Sequence record: DRR378314_947
DNA length: 51,978 nucleotides
Direction: 5' to 3' (one strand)
The translations under genes and the position numbers were made by a program. Below, one piece after another: positions 9,032 to 18,281 of the stretch. The notes beneath the pieces are model-generated. The model saw only the letters and a program-made list of their open reading frames with translations. It was not told the origin of the DNA and searched no databases. How positions within the stretch are numbered: the stretch's first letter is position 1; every line of letters begins with the position of its first letter.

Positions 9032-10468
9032 ATGCGCCGCCAACGGAAAACCAAAATCCTCGCCACGTTAGGCCCTGCCAGCTCGACCCCGGAAATGGTC
9101 GAAAAACTCCATCTGGCCGGTGTCGATGTGTTTCGCCTGAATTTTAGCCACGGGGATCATGCGGATCACAAAGCCCGCTATGACACCATTCGCAAGCTGG
9201 AGGAAAAACAGGGGCGCCCAATCGGCATTCTGGCCGATCTACAAGGCCCGAAAATCCGCATTGGCACCTTCAAAAATGGCCCTGCCACCTTGGACGACGG
9301 GGCGAAATTCACGCTCGACCTGCGGGAAACTCCCGGCGATGAAAAACGGGTCTCCCTTCCCCATCCAAAAGTTATGGAATCCCTTCAAAACGGCACCGAA
9401 CTGCTATTGGATGACGGTAAGTTGCACCTCAAAGTCGTCAAGGCAACTCCCAAAACCGCTGAATGCGAGATTCTGGTAGGCGGTAAACTCTCCGATCGCA
9501 AAGGGGTCAACATTCCCAATGCCATCGTGAAAATGAGTGCCTTGACCGAAAAAGACCGGCGGGATCTGGATTTTGCTCTGGAACTCGGCGTTGATTGGGT
9601 GGCCTTAAGCTTTGTTCAGCGCCCCGAAGACGTTGCCGAAATCAAGAAAATTGTCGCCGGACGCGCCAACGTCATGGCTAAGATCGAAAAGCCGGCTGCG
9701 GTTGAGGAGCTGGACGGGATTATTGAACTGGCTGATGCCATCATGGTGGCACGTGGGGATCTGGGAGTGGAAATCCCGCTACAGAAAGTCCCCTCCATCC
9801 AGAAAAAAATCATCAGTGTGGCGCGGGCCGCCGGAAAACCGGTTGTCGTGGCGACACAAATGCTGGAAAGCATGATCAGCTCTCCCGTTCCGACCCGGGC
9901 AGAGGTCACCGATGTGGCCAACGCCATTTATGATGGCGCAGATGCGGTCATGCTCTCCGCTGAAAGTGCGGCGGGAGACTATCCGTTTGAAGCCGTTACC
10001 ACCATGAGCGATATCGCCGTGGAAACCGAACTTGATGTGAATTATCAAAAACAAATGGATAACCAGCACGGCATTCTGGAGGCGACAACCGCCGATGCGA
10101 TCAGCGCCGCCGCCTCGCAGGTTGCCCGCACCATCAATGCCACCTCCATCGTTACTTACACCACGTCCGGCTCAACTGCGCTTCGGGCTGCACGGGAACG
10201 GGGAACAACACCGATCCTGGCACTCACCCCCTCTCTCACCACTGCCCGGCGACTGGCCATTGTCTGGGGCCTGCATTGCGTCCATACAGAAGATGCGGAA
10301 AATTTCGCCGATATGGTGGAAAAAGCCTGCAACATCTGCTTCAAGGAAGGCTTCGCCAGACCGGGGGAGCGGATTGTCATCATGGCGGGCGTTCCTTTCG
10401 GCACGCCCGGCTCCACCAACATCCTCCGCATTGCCTGGGTCGGGGAAAAAACCCTCAGCGTGGTCTAG
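9032..10468 (+). CDS. pyk: Pyruvate kinase
   Basis: KTKILATLGPAS, RLNFSHG, DLQGPKIR, AKIEK, MVARGDLGVE, ATQMLESM, DAVMLSAESA. Confidence 0.98.
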   Translation: MRRQRKTKILATLGPASSTPEMVEKLHLAGVDVFRLNFSHGDHADHKARYDTIRKLEEKQGRPIGILADLQGPKIRIGTFKNGPATLDDGAKFTLDLRETPGDEKRVSLPHPKVMESLQNGTELLLDDGKLHLKVVKATPKTAECEILVGGKLSDRKGVNIPNAIVKMSALTEKDRRDLDFALELGVDWVALSFVQRPEDVAEIKKIVAGRANVMAKIEKPAAVEELDGIIELADAIMVARGDLGVEIPLQKVPSIQKKIISVARAAGKPVVVATQMLESMISSPVPTRAEVTDVANAIYDGADAVMLSAESAAGDYPFEAVTTMSDIAVETELDVNYQKQMDNQHGILEATTADAISAAASQVARTINATSIVTYTTSGSTALRAARERGTTPILALTPSLTTARRLAIVWGLHCVHTEDAENFADMVEKACNICFKEGFARPGERIVIMAGVPFGTPGSTNILRIAWVGEKTLSVV

Positions 10469-11061
10469 GCCTGAGCTTGTGCGGCTTTTGATTTTTTAAA
10501 CCGCATCAAGACCAATCCCGCCCCCAAAAACATCAAAAAAGCGGGCGGCAATGGAACTACCGACAGATCCCGTTCCGTCCAGCGGGCGAAAACGGTATTG
10601 CCAAATTCTCGAGTATCCTCGCCCTCAAGACCAATTTCATCGAACGCATAAAACCATTCATTAAAATCATAACTCATGGCATGGGTGTATATTCCACCAT
10701 TTTCCTCTGCTGTTTTTAACGGTGTCCAGATTGTCAGGGTTTCCGCATCAGAACTCACCCCCTTAACCGAGCAATTCAAGCATCCCTCATAAAAGGAGGC
10801 AATCTTATTTGCGACAATATTAGATAAATAGCTAATCTGTCCATTATTCAGACCTAAAAAATCACTGTCCTCATCGCACCCATCATACAGATCTGAACAG
10901 AGCCCATCCACAAACGCCACATCATATGCTTTTCCGTCCATTTCAATTCCATTAACCCCATTCAATACACTGTCCTTGATCTGAAGGGTTGCCGCCTGGA
11001 CAGTCTGGCTGGACAGGATCAGAGCCAGAACCAGCCCCATACACACACTTAAAACACGCAT
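10465..11061 (-). CDS. VPLPA-CTERM (PEP-CTERM-like) sorted surface protein
   Basis: Signal peptide (..VQA/A); C-terminal VPLPPA, then a hydrophobic helix, then basic RFKKSK. Confidence 0.85.
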   Translation of the reverse strand: MRVLSVCMGLVLALILSSQTVQAATLQIKDSVLNGVNGIEMDGKAYDVAFVDGLCSDLYDGCDEDSDFLGLNNGQISYLSNIVANKIASFYEGCLNCSVKGVSSDAETLTIWTPLKTAEENGGIYTHAMSYDFNEWFYAFDEIGLEGEDTREFGNTVFARWTERDLSVVPLPPAFLMFLGAGLVLMRFKKSKAAQAQA

Positions 11062-11133
11062 CGAAAACTCCTACTTTAAAATTGAATTGCAGGAGTTAAC
11101 GGCCTCAGACGGGCAGATATGAAAATTTAAAAA

Positions 11134-12435
11134 TCAGCGGCTCAGTTTTTCCGGCTTCGGCCCACCAGTTGCCCAGTCGAGGAGCTGGACGGTATGGACA
11201 ACCGGCAACTCCATACCAGAGGCAATCTGCTCGATACAGCCGATATTTCCGGCAGCAACAAGATCCGGTTTCACCGAACGGATATTCTGAACCTTTCGCT
11301 TTTTCAAGCGGGCGGACAATTCCGGCTGCAAAAGATTATAAGTTCCGGCAGAACCACAACAGATATGTGCCTCGGGCAGGGTTTTAACCGTAAATCCGGC
11401 TTGCTCCAGCAGCGTTTTGGGCGGCTGCGTGACTTTCTGGCCATGCTGCAGCGAACAGGCGGAATGATACGCCACCACCAGATCCGGATCAAAATCCCGA
11501 CTATCCAGTTCCAGATCCATCAGATATTCTGTGACATCCTTGGCAAGGCTGACAACTGTCGCGGCCTTTTGCGCGAAAACCGGCTCGTCATGTTGAAACA
11601 AATGCCCGTAATCTTTGACCGTCGTTCCGCAGCCCGACGTATTGATGATAATCGCATCCAGCGTACCGGCCTCGATCTCTTCTGACCAAGCCTGGACATT
11701 TTTGCGGGCAAGTAACTTGGCGGGCTCTTCCTGCCCCATATGCAGTGGCAGCGCGCCACAGCACCCGGCTTCCTGCGGGATCACTACTTCGATGCCATGG
11801 CGGGTCAGCAGGCGGATCGTTGCATCATTAATATCCGGCGACAGCACTTTCTGGGCGCAGCCGGTCATCAATATCACCCGGCCTTTGGGGGCCTCGCTGG
11901 CAACGGTTGCTGTGTGCCTTGGCGTTTCATCCAAAAGCGACCTTGCGGGCAAGCGGCTCGGGGCCATTTCCAGCATCGCCTTGATCCGACCGGAAAAAAC
12001 CGATCGGAACGGTTTGGCAAATCCAGCCGCAAACAACGACAGCCGAAACAGGTTGGGCCGCACCAACAGGATACTCAGCATCTTGCGAAGCGCCCGGTCC
12101 ATGAAAGGGCGTTCATAAGTCTCATCCACATAGCTACGGGCATGATCCAAAAGATGCATGTAATCCACACCGGATGGGCAGGTAGTCATGCAGGAAAAAC
12201 AGGACAGGCAGCGATCCAGATGGGTTACGGTCTCTGCCGGTGCAGGCGCCTCATTTTGCAGCATTTGCTGGATCAGATAAATCCGCCCTCGCGGGCTATC
12301 ACGCTCATCCCCCAACTCCGTATAAGTCGGACAGGTGGCCGTGCAGAAACCGCAATGGACACATTTTCGAAGGATGTCATTGGATTCCTGAAATTTCGGA
12401 TCAGCAAGCTGGAGAAGTGAAAATTCGGTTTTCAT
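11134..12435 (-). CDS. glcF: Glycolate oxidase iron-sulfur subunit
   Basis: CVHCGFCTATCPTY, DSPRGRI, CLSCFSCMTTCPSGV, CCG domains. Confidence 0.96.
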   Translation of the reverse strand: MKTEFSLLQLADPKFQESNDILRKCVHCGFCTATCPTYTELGDERDSPRGRIYLIQQMLQNEAPAPAETVTHLDRCLSCFSCMTTCPSGVDYMHLLDHARSYVDETYERPFMDRALRKMLSILLVRPNLFRLSLFAAGFAKPFRSVFSGRIKAMLEMAPSRLPARSLLDETPRHTATVASEAPKGRVILMTGCAQKVLSPDINDATIRLLTRHGIEVVIPQEAGCCGALPLHMGQEEPAKLLARKNVQAWSEEIEAGTLDAIIINTSGCGTTVKDYGHLFQHDEPVFAQKAATVVSLAKDVTEYLMDLELDSRDFDPDLVVAYHSACSLQHGQKVTQPPKTLLEQAGFTVKTLPEAHICCGSAGTYNLLQPELSARLKKRKVQNIRSVKPDLVAAGNIGCIEQIASGMELPVVHTVQLLDWATGGPKPEKLSR

Positions 12436-13670
12436 GCCGCGCCCTCCCCACTCACCGGATACATTCGGCCCGGGTTCAAAATCCGATAAGGGTCAAACCC
12501 TTCCCTGATTTTTTCCGTCAGTCGCAGCTTCACAGGATCCAGTGGCTGGAACACGCTAGCTGCAGCCCGCAATTTTGTGGGTGCCCGCATCAAAGTTGCA
12601 TGCCCACCATTGCGGATTTCCGTCCGCACGAGCGGCGCGCCGCCGTCCGGTGTATCTGCTGGCACGGCAAGCCAGATTAACCCCCCGGCCCAATCCAGAT
12701 AGTAGGTCAGATCCGGGATCCCCTGCCCCACCCGAAACAAATATTCCGCAGTATCAGACGGTGGCAAGGACACTCGCCAGACAATCCGCTCCTGATCTTT
12801 GGAAAAAGGTGCGGCGCTGGCTGTCGCCGACCAGAATTTTCGGGATCGCAACCCGTGCAGCTCCTCAAGCGCGCCAGCCTCTTTAAACAGCTCTTTCAGT
12901 GCGTCATGACGGTGCGCGACCGACGGGGCCGCTCCTTCGATTAGCAGGGCTGTTATCGCCTGATCCTGATCGCTCACATATGTCAGATCATAGCTTTTTG
13001 CCATATCCGCTGGAATATAGGCTGTGGCCGCCACCTCATGCACAGATGACATGGCGTCGCGCATGGTCAGGATAGCTGCTTTCACCTGCTGCCCATAAAT
13101 CAGGATCGTCCGCATCTTGGCTGGATTTGGCAGGACCTTGAAGGTAAAATTCGTGCAGACAGCAAGCGTGCCGTATGATCCGGCAACCAATTTACAAAGA
13201 TCATATCCGGTGACATTTTTCATCACCCGACTGCCGGTCTGAAACGGCTGCCCGCGCCCGGTTGCCCCCTGCACCCCCAGCAGATGATCTCGCGCTGCGC
13301 CGGCCCGGTTGCGGGCCGATCCGGAAAGATTTGCATTAAAAATTCCACCCAGCGTGGAAAGCCCCGGATCACGCCCGTAAAGGGGACCCAAATCCGGCGG
13401 GGCAAAAGCCAGCCGCTGATTATTTGCGGCCAGTTCCGCCTCGATATCCACAAGGCGTGCGCCGGCACCTGCCTGCATGACCAACTCACCCGGCTCATAC
13501 ATCTTAATCGCGTCCAGACCCTTCAGCGACAGGGTATGTGCCGCGTCTACCGGCAGACCCAACGCATCCTTACTGCCGGCGCCCTGGATGTTCAGCGTTG
13601 CTTTTTCAGCGCTGGCCCATTCCAAAAGCTCCAGTGCCTGTGCTTCTGATGAAATTTCAAATAACGACAT
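12432..13670 (-). CDS. glcE: Glycolate oxidase FAD-binding subunit
   Basis: YEPGELV, GAARDHLLG, RVMKNVTGYDL, DWAGGLIW, FDP..ILNPGRM. Confidence 0.95.
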   Translation of the reverse strand: MSLFEISSEAQALELLEWASAEKATLNIQGAGSKDALGLPVDAAHTLSLKGLDAIKMYEPGELVMQAGAGARLVDIEAELAANNQRLAFAPPDLGPLYGRDPGLSTLGGIFNANLSGSARNRAGAARDHLLGVQGATGRGQPFQTGSRVMKNVTGYDLCKLVAGSYGTLAVCTNFTFKVLPNPAKMRTILIYGQQVKAAILTMRDAMSSVHEVAATAYIPADMAKSYDLTYVSDQDQAITALLIEGAAPSVAHRHDALKELFKEAGALEELHGLRSRKFWSATASAAPFSKDQERIVWRVSLPPSDTAEYLFRVGQGIPDLTYYLDWAGGLIWLAVPADTPDGGAPLVRTEIRNGGHATLMRAPTKLRAAASVFQPLDPVKLRLTEKIREGFDPYRILNPGRMYPVSGEGAA

Positions 13671-13673
13671 CGT

Positions 13674-15167
13674 TTAAAACCTGGGAATATCGGGGAACGG
13701 GATTTGGCCTTTATGCACATGCATTTTGCCAAGTTCAGCGCAGCGATGCAGCACCGGAAAAACCTTTCCGGGGTTCAGTCGCCCGTCCGGATCAAAGGCA
13801 CATTTCAAGCGTTGCTGCTGTTTCAAATCTTCTTCGGAGAACATCTCGCCCATCAGATCACGCTTTTCAATACCAACCCCATGCTCACCGGTTAGGACGC
13901 CCCCGACCTCAACACAGAGTTTCAAAATATCGGCACCAAACTGCTCGCATTTTTCAAGTTCACCGGGCTCATTGGCATCAAACAGGATCAGGGGATGCAA
14001 ATTCCCGTCACCGGCATGAAACACATTGGCCACCCGAAGCCCGTAATGCGCCGACAGCTCGTTCATCCGCTTCAGGACATAGGGCAACTGACCCCGCGGG
14101 ATCGTTCCATCCATGCACATATAATCAGGGGAAATCCGCCCAACGGCCGGAAATGCGGCTTTGCGCCCGGCCCAAAAGGTCATGCGCTCTTCTTCGCTCT
14201 GGCTTTGTTTGATAACCGTCGCCCCGCACTCTTTGGCAATGCGTCCGATGACGTCGTTATTATGGGCGATCTCAACTTGTGGCCCATCCAGCTCCACAAT
14301 CAGCAGGGCTTCCACATCCAGTGGATAACCGGCATGGCAGAATTCTTCCGCCGCATGAATGGCATACCGGTCCATCATTTCCATACCGGCTGGTATGATA
14401 CCGGCGTTGATGATCGCGCCGACACATTCACCAGCCTGCTCACTGCTTGGAAATCCGATCAGTTGGGCGGTTACAAATTCCGGGCTTTTCAGGATCCGCA
14501 CAGTCACTTCAGTAATCACACCCAGCAACCCCTCTGATCCGGTAATAATACCCAGAAGGTCATACCCTTCGGCATCCAGATGCTTGCCGCCCAGACGGAT
14601 GATCTCCCCCTCCATTGTGACCATCTCAACGCCCAGGACATTGTTAGTGGTCAGACCGTATTTCAGGCAATGAACACCGCCCGAATTTTCCGCGATATTC
14701 CCGCCAATTGTACAGGCGATCTGGCTGGAAGGATCCGGGGCGTAATAAAATCCGTCGCCCTTGACCGCATCGGTGATCGCCAGATTGGTGACCCCCGGCT
14801 GCACAACCGCGCACCGATTGTCATAATCCAGCTCCAGGATTTTATTGAATTTCCCAAGGCCGAGCAAAACCCCATCGGCCAAGGGCAGCGCCCCGCCAGA
14901 CAGGGACGTTCCTGCGCCACGCGGCACCACATTCACGCCTTGTGCACTGCAAAATTGCAGGATGGCGGCGATTTCTTCCTTGGTTTCCGGCAAAACGGCA
15001 ATCATCGGCAATTGCCGATAGGCGCTCAGGCCATCGCATTCAAAAGCGCGTAAACCCGCCTCCTCATCGATGACAGCCTCTGGATTGCTGACAATGTTGC
15101 GCAAACGCTCAACCAGAAATCCCCGCTTGGCGATCACGTCAGCGTTCGGTTTTGGCATCATGACCAT
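13674..15167 (-). CDS. glcD: Glycolate oxidase subunit GlcD
   Basis: PRGAGTSLSGG, APDPSSQIACTIGGN, HCLKYG, NVFHAGDGNLHP, GEHGVG. Confidence 0.97.
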   Translation of the reverse strand: MVMMPKPNADVIAKRGFLVERLRNIVSNPEAVIDEEAGLRAFECDGLSAYRQLPMIAVLPETKEEIAAILQFCSAQGVNVVPRGAGTSLSGGALPLADGVLLGLGKFNKILELDYDNRCAVVQPGVTNLAITDAVKGDGFYYAPDPSSQIACTIGGNIAENSGGVHCLKYGLTTNNVLGVEMVTMEGEIIRLGGKHLDAEGYDLLGIITGSEGLLGVITEVTVRILKSPEFVTAQLIGFPSSEQAGECVGAIINAGIIPAGMEMMDRYAIHAAEEFCHAGYPLDVEALLIVELDGPQVEIAHNNDVIGRIAKECGATVIKQSQSEEERMTFWAGRKAAFPAVGRISPDYMCMDGTIPRGQLPYVLKRMNELSAHYGLRVANVFHAGDGNLHPLILFDANEPGELEKCEQFGADILKLCVEVGGVLTGEHGVGIEKRDLMGEMFSEEDLKQQQRLKCAFDPDGRLNPGKVFPVLHRCAELGKMHVHKGQIPFPDIPRF

Positions 15168-15218
15168 AGAGAACCCTCTTTCTTGCTCAGATTCTCAGTA
15201 TAGATCTCTTTCAGACAC

Positions 15219-15254
15219 AAAAAAACCGCTACTGCAATACAGAGCGGCTTTTTT
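15219..15254 (-). terminator. Rho-independent terminator after rpmJ (possibly bidirectional)
   Basis: A-run/CCGCT...AGCGG/T-run hairpin. Confidence 0.7.
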
Positions 15255-15308
15255 CACCATCCAGAAATCCGACAGGCGGATTTCCAACGTTCCAAGGTCG
15301 AGCGGAGC

Positions 15309-15434
15309 TTAGCCCTGACGTGCCTTGAAACGCGGGTTAGTTTTGTTAATCACGTAAACACGTCCTTTACGACGAACCACACGGCAATCGCGATGACGTT
15401 TTTTCGCAGATTTAAGCGAGTTAATTACTTTCAT
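15309..15434 (-). CDS. rpmJ: 50S ribosomal protein L36 (zinc-free, YkgO-like type)
   Basis: [41 protein letters not shown], 41 aa from ATG 15434. Confidence 0.96.
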   Translation of the reverse strand: MKVINSLKSAKKRHRDCRVVRRKGRVYVINKTNPRFKARQG

Positions 15435-15560
15435 GACACAGGTCCCAAAAATCTGTTCTGAATTTGAAGGCCGGAAGATACTCACCGGTCCTGCAGATGT
15501 CAATGCGAAAAAGGCAGAAATATTGTCATTTCTCGCATCCTTGTGAATTTACCGAAACGC

Positions 15561-16502
15561 CTAGACGATTTCCGGCGGTACGCGGGCATATATTCGAAAG
15601 ACTTTCAGGGAACCAGTTTCCATGGCTTTGACCCGTGCAGTCCACAGCTCCCCCTCTTTAAGTACCCAGTCGTGCAAATGGCCACTTTTGGCGCCTGTGC
15701 TGGTTTTCTGGGCATATTGGGCGAAGGCTTTGAGCACATTGCCTTTATATTCTTCTGTCGTATCCTCGGCAATGCTCACCTCAAAACCGGCTTTGGTCAG
15801 CAACGTTCGGGCTTCCTGAACCTCTAACAAATGCGGCTTCTTCGGTTCAACAGCATACCATTCCTGCAAGGCCGGATCGTCGGTGGAAACACCATCCACC
15901 ATATAGTCAGACATCATGAACTGCCCTTCGGGCTTCATCATGCTGTGAATCCGCTTAAAACATTCCAGTTTGTTTTTAACCGCGAACAGCGCTTCGGAGG
16001 AATAGGCGACATTTGCCGATTTTGGCTTTGGATCAAAACTTTCAAAATCACATTGATGGAATTTTAGAAACCGCGACGTCCCCGCCATTCTCACCATATC
16101 ATTGGCGGCGTCGACCAGTTCCTCTTCTTCTTCATACCCATCCACATAGGCTTCAAATTTTTCATTCACCCAATGCGCAAATCCGCCAAGACCGGATCCC
16201 AGCTCAATAACGCTCAAGGTTTTGTTGATGCCCAAAGGATTGGTCAGCTTCTGCTTCGTGCTGTCGGGCACACAACGGGTCATTCCATCGCCAAACAGCG
16301 TGACAACAGATTTTCGGCGGCTAACTGACCAGCCATGCACGGTTGGCGGCCCGTCATCCTCAACGGGCAGGTCTTCAGCTACGGTTACGACAAGCTCCCG
16401 TTTTTCCTGAAGCTCATAACCTTCCCACCAGAGTTTAAGCCGTTCCTTCAAAGAAAGTCTGACTGCTGGTTTGTCATCTACTCCGCCAGCATCAGCACCC
16501 AT
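15561..16502 (-). CDS. Class I SAM-dependent methyltransferase, substrate unknown
   Basis: Motif I VIELGSGLGG, MKPEGQFMMSDY, L..AGFEV...ED. Confidence 0.8.
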   Translation of the reverse strand: MGADAGGVDDKPAVRLSLKERLKLWWEGYELQEKRELVVTVAEDLPVEDDGPPTVHGWSVSRRKSVVTLFGDGMTRCVPDSTKQKLTNPLGINKTLSVIELGSGLGGFAHWVNEKFEAYVDGYEEEEELVDAANDMVRMAGTSRFLKFHQCDFESFDPKPKSANVAYSSEALFAVKNKLECFKRIHSMMKPEGQFMMSDYMVDGVSTDDPALQEWYAVEPKKPHLLEVQEARTLLTKAGFEVSIAEDTTEEYKGNVLKAFAQYAQKTSTGAKSGHLHDWVLKEGELWTARVKAMETGSLKVFRIYARVPPEIV

Positions 16503-16616
16503 CAGGTTTGTACCTTTTTAACAGTCACTTACTTCTACCAATCCTTCTTGCAACACACCTTTAGAATAATGTCAGATAAATATTAACCGTATGTAAATTG
16601 CAAAGTCACCCTCAAA

Positions 16617-18218
16617 TCATCTAACCGATTGTTTCATATACTCATCTCTGAGTTCTCGCTTGAGCACCTTGCCGATGGTGCTGCGCGGAAGATCTGCGCG
16701 GATTTGAATGTCAGATACCCGTTGGGTTTTACCAAGTCGCTGATTGACCCATTCCTTGATTTCTGCGGTCCCTGCAGTTGCGCCCGGTTTCACAACAACA
16801 AGCCCAAGCGGCGTCTCTCCCCACTCTTCACTGGGGATCGCAATCACGGCCACATCCACCACATCCGGATGCTGGATCAGTTCTGCTTCGATATCGGCAG
16901 CATAAATGTTAAATCCGCCGGACAGGATCATGTCTTTTTTGCGATCCAGCAAATACAGAAACCCATCCTCATCCAGGCGTCCCATATCCCCGCTTCGGAA
17001 AAACGTGCGGCCATCTGGATGGATCCAGATCATTTCGTCGGTCAGGTCGGGACGGTTAAAGTAACCGGTCATCATGGCATCCGACCGGCCAACAATTTCA
17101 CCGATTTCTCCTTGTGGCAGGATTTCACTCTCCTCATTAATGATCAGCACTTCCGCGCCCATTCCAGGCTGCCCGACAGAGGCCAGCTTGTCCGGAAATT
17201 CCGTTGCGTTCAAAACAGTCCCGATGCCGCCTTCGGTCAATCCGTAAACCTCAATCAGCTTGCCCGGCCACCGATTTAGCGCATCGCGCTTGACCTGCTC
17301 GCGCAAGGGGGCACTTGTCGACAGTTTTAGCTGAAAGTTACTTAGATCAAACGCGTCAAAGGCCTCATGGGCCAGAATGCGCTGATACTGCACCGGCACC
17401 AGCATGGTATGGGTCGCCTTTTCCCGCTCTGCCAGTCGCAAATACTCTTCCACATTAAATTTCGGCATCAGGACAACCCGCCCGCCAAGTGCCAGGGTCG
17501 GCAGCAGGGCAACCAGCGTGGTATTGGAATAAAGCGCCGTTGCGATCATGGTAGTCGCGCCCGTCTCCAGCCCCATCAGGCTGAACCGATAGACATGCTG
17601 ATACCGCATGTAATGGCTTTGCTCGATCCCTTTGGGCACGCCTGTGGTGCCGGAGCTGTAAATCAGATTGAAGGCATCCTCTGGCCTCACATCAGCAATC
17701 ACCGCAGCATCAGACAGCGGCGCGATCAGATCCTGAAAATTCGCCCAGCCTTCTTGTTGAAAATCCAGCGCAATATAACCATCGCCAGCCAGCCCTTTGA
17801 GCTTGCCCATGAACGGCTCAATCAGATCCAGGGTGGAGCTGGACGCAAATAATAGCGCCGATCCACTATTTTCCATCATGCCAAGCAATTGCTCACTGGA
17901 CGCCATTCCGGATAAGGGCACAATACAGACACCGGCCTGCAAGCCACCCAGATACACCGTTATATACTCAACACTGCTCCGTGCGAGGATCGCGATTTTA
18001 TCACCGCGACCCAATCCCCGATCCGTCAGGAAATTGGCAACCTTGTTGATATCGCCGATAAGCTCACGCCAGGTAACGCCGCGCCCTTCCACCTGCAGCA
18101 CCTCAAGATCGGGGGCGTCTTTGGCGGCCTTCTGAAACAGAAGTGGATAGGCGACAAAACCCGCTTCCAAATCATAGGAAATGGATGTTGCGGCACTGTC
18201 GACGGGCACTGAACTCAT
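16617..18218 (-). CDS. Acyl-CoA synthetase / AMP-dependent ligase
   Basis: YSSGTTGVPKG, YGLTEG, FRSGDMG, RKKDMILSGG, GKVLKREL. Start at ATG 18218 follows GGAGG. Confidence 0.93.
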   Translation of the reverse strand: MSSVPVDSAATSISYDLEAGFVAYPLLFQKAAKDAPDLEVLQVEGRGVTWRELIGDINKVANFLTDRGLGRGDKIAILARSSVEYITVYLGGLQAGVCIVPLSGMASSEQLLGMMENSGSALLFASSSTLDLIEPFMGKLKGLAGDGYIALDFQQEGWANFQDLIAPLSDAAVIADVRPEDAFNLIYSSGTTGVPKGIEQSHYMRYQHVYRFSLMGLETGATTMIATALYSNTTLVALLPTLALGGRVVLMPKFNVEEYLRLAEREKATHTMLVPVQYQRILAHEAFDAFDLSNFQLKLSTSAPLREQVKRDALNRWPGKLIEVYGLTEGGIGTVLNATEFPDKLASVGQPGMGAEVLIINEESEILPQGEIGEIVGRSDAMMTGYFNRPDLTDEMIWIHPDGRTFFRSGDMGRLDEDGFLYLLDRKKDMILSGGFNIYAADIEAELIQHPDVVDVAVIAIPSEEWGETPLGLVVVKPGATAGTAEIKEWVNQRLGKTQRVSDIQIRADLPRSTIGKVLKRELRDEYMKQSVR

Positions 18219-18281
18219 GGGATCCTCCATTATCGTTATTTTTGATACGGAGGATACCCCTCGATCCGCAGTTTGCAAAGA

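Noticed and set aside
15309-15434. Zinc-free L36 as a zinc-starvation paralogue
   Set aside because: The Cys-poor L36 is the ordinary form in Alphaproteobacteria. No Zur box or L31 paralogue is adjacent.
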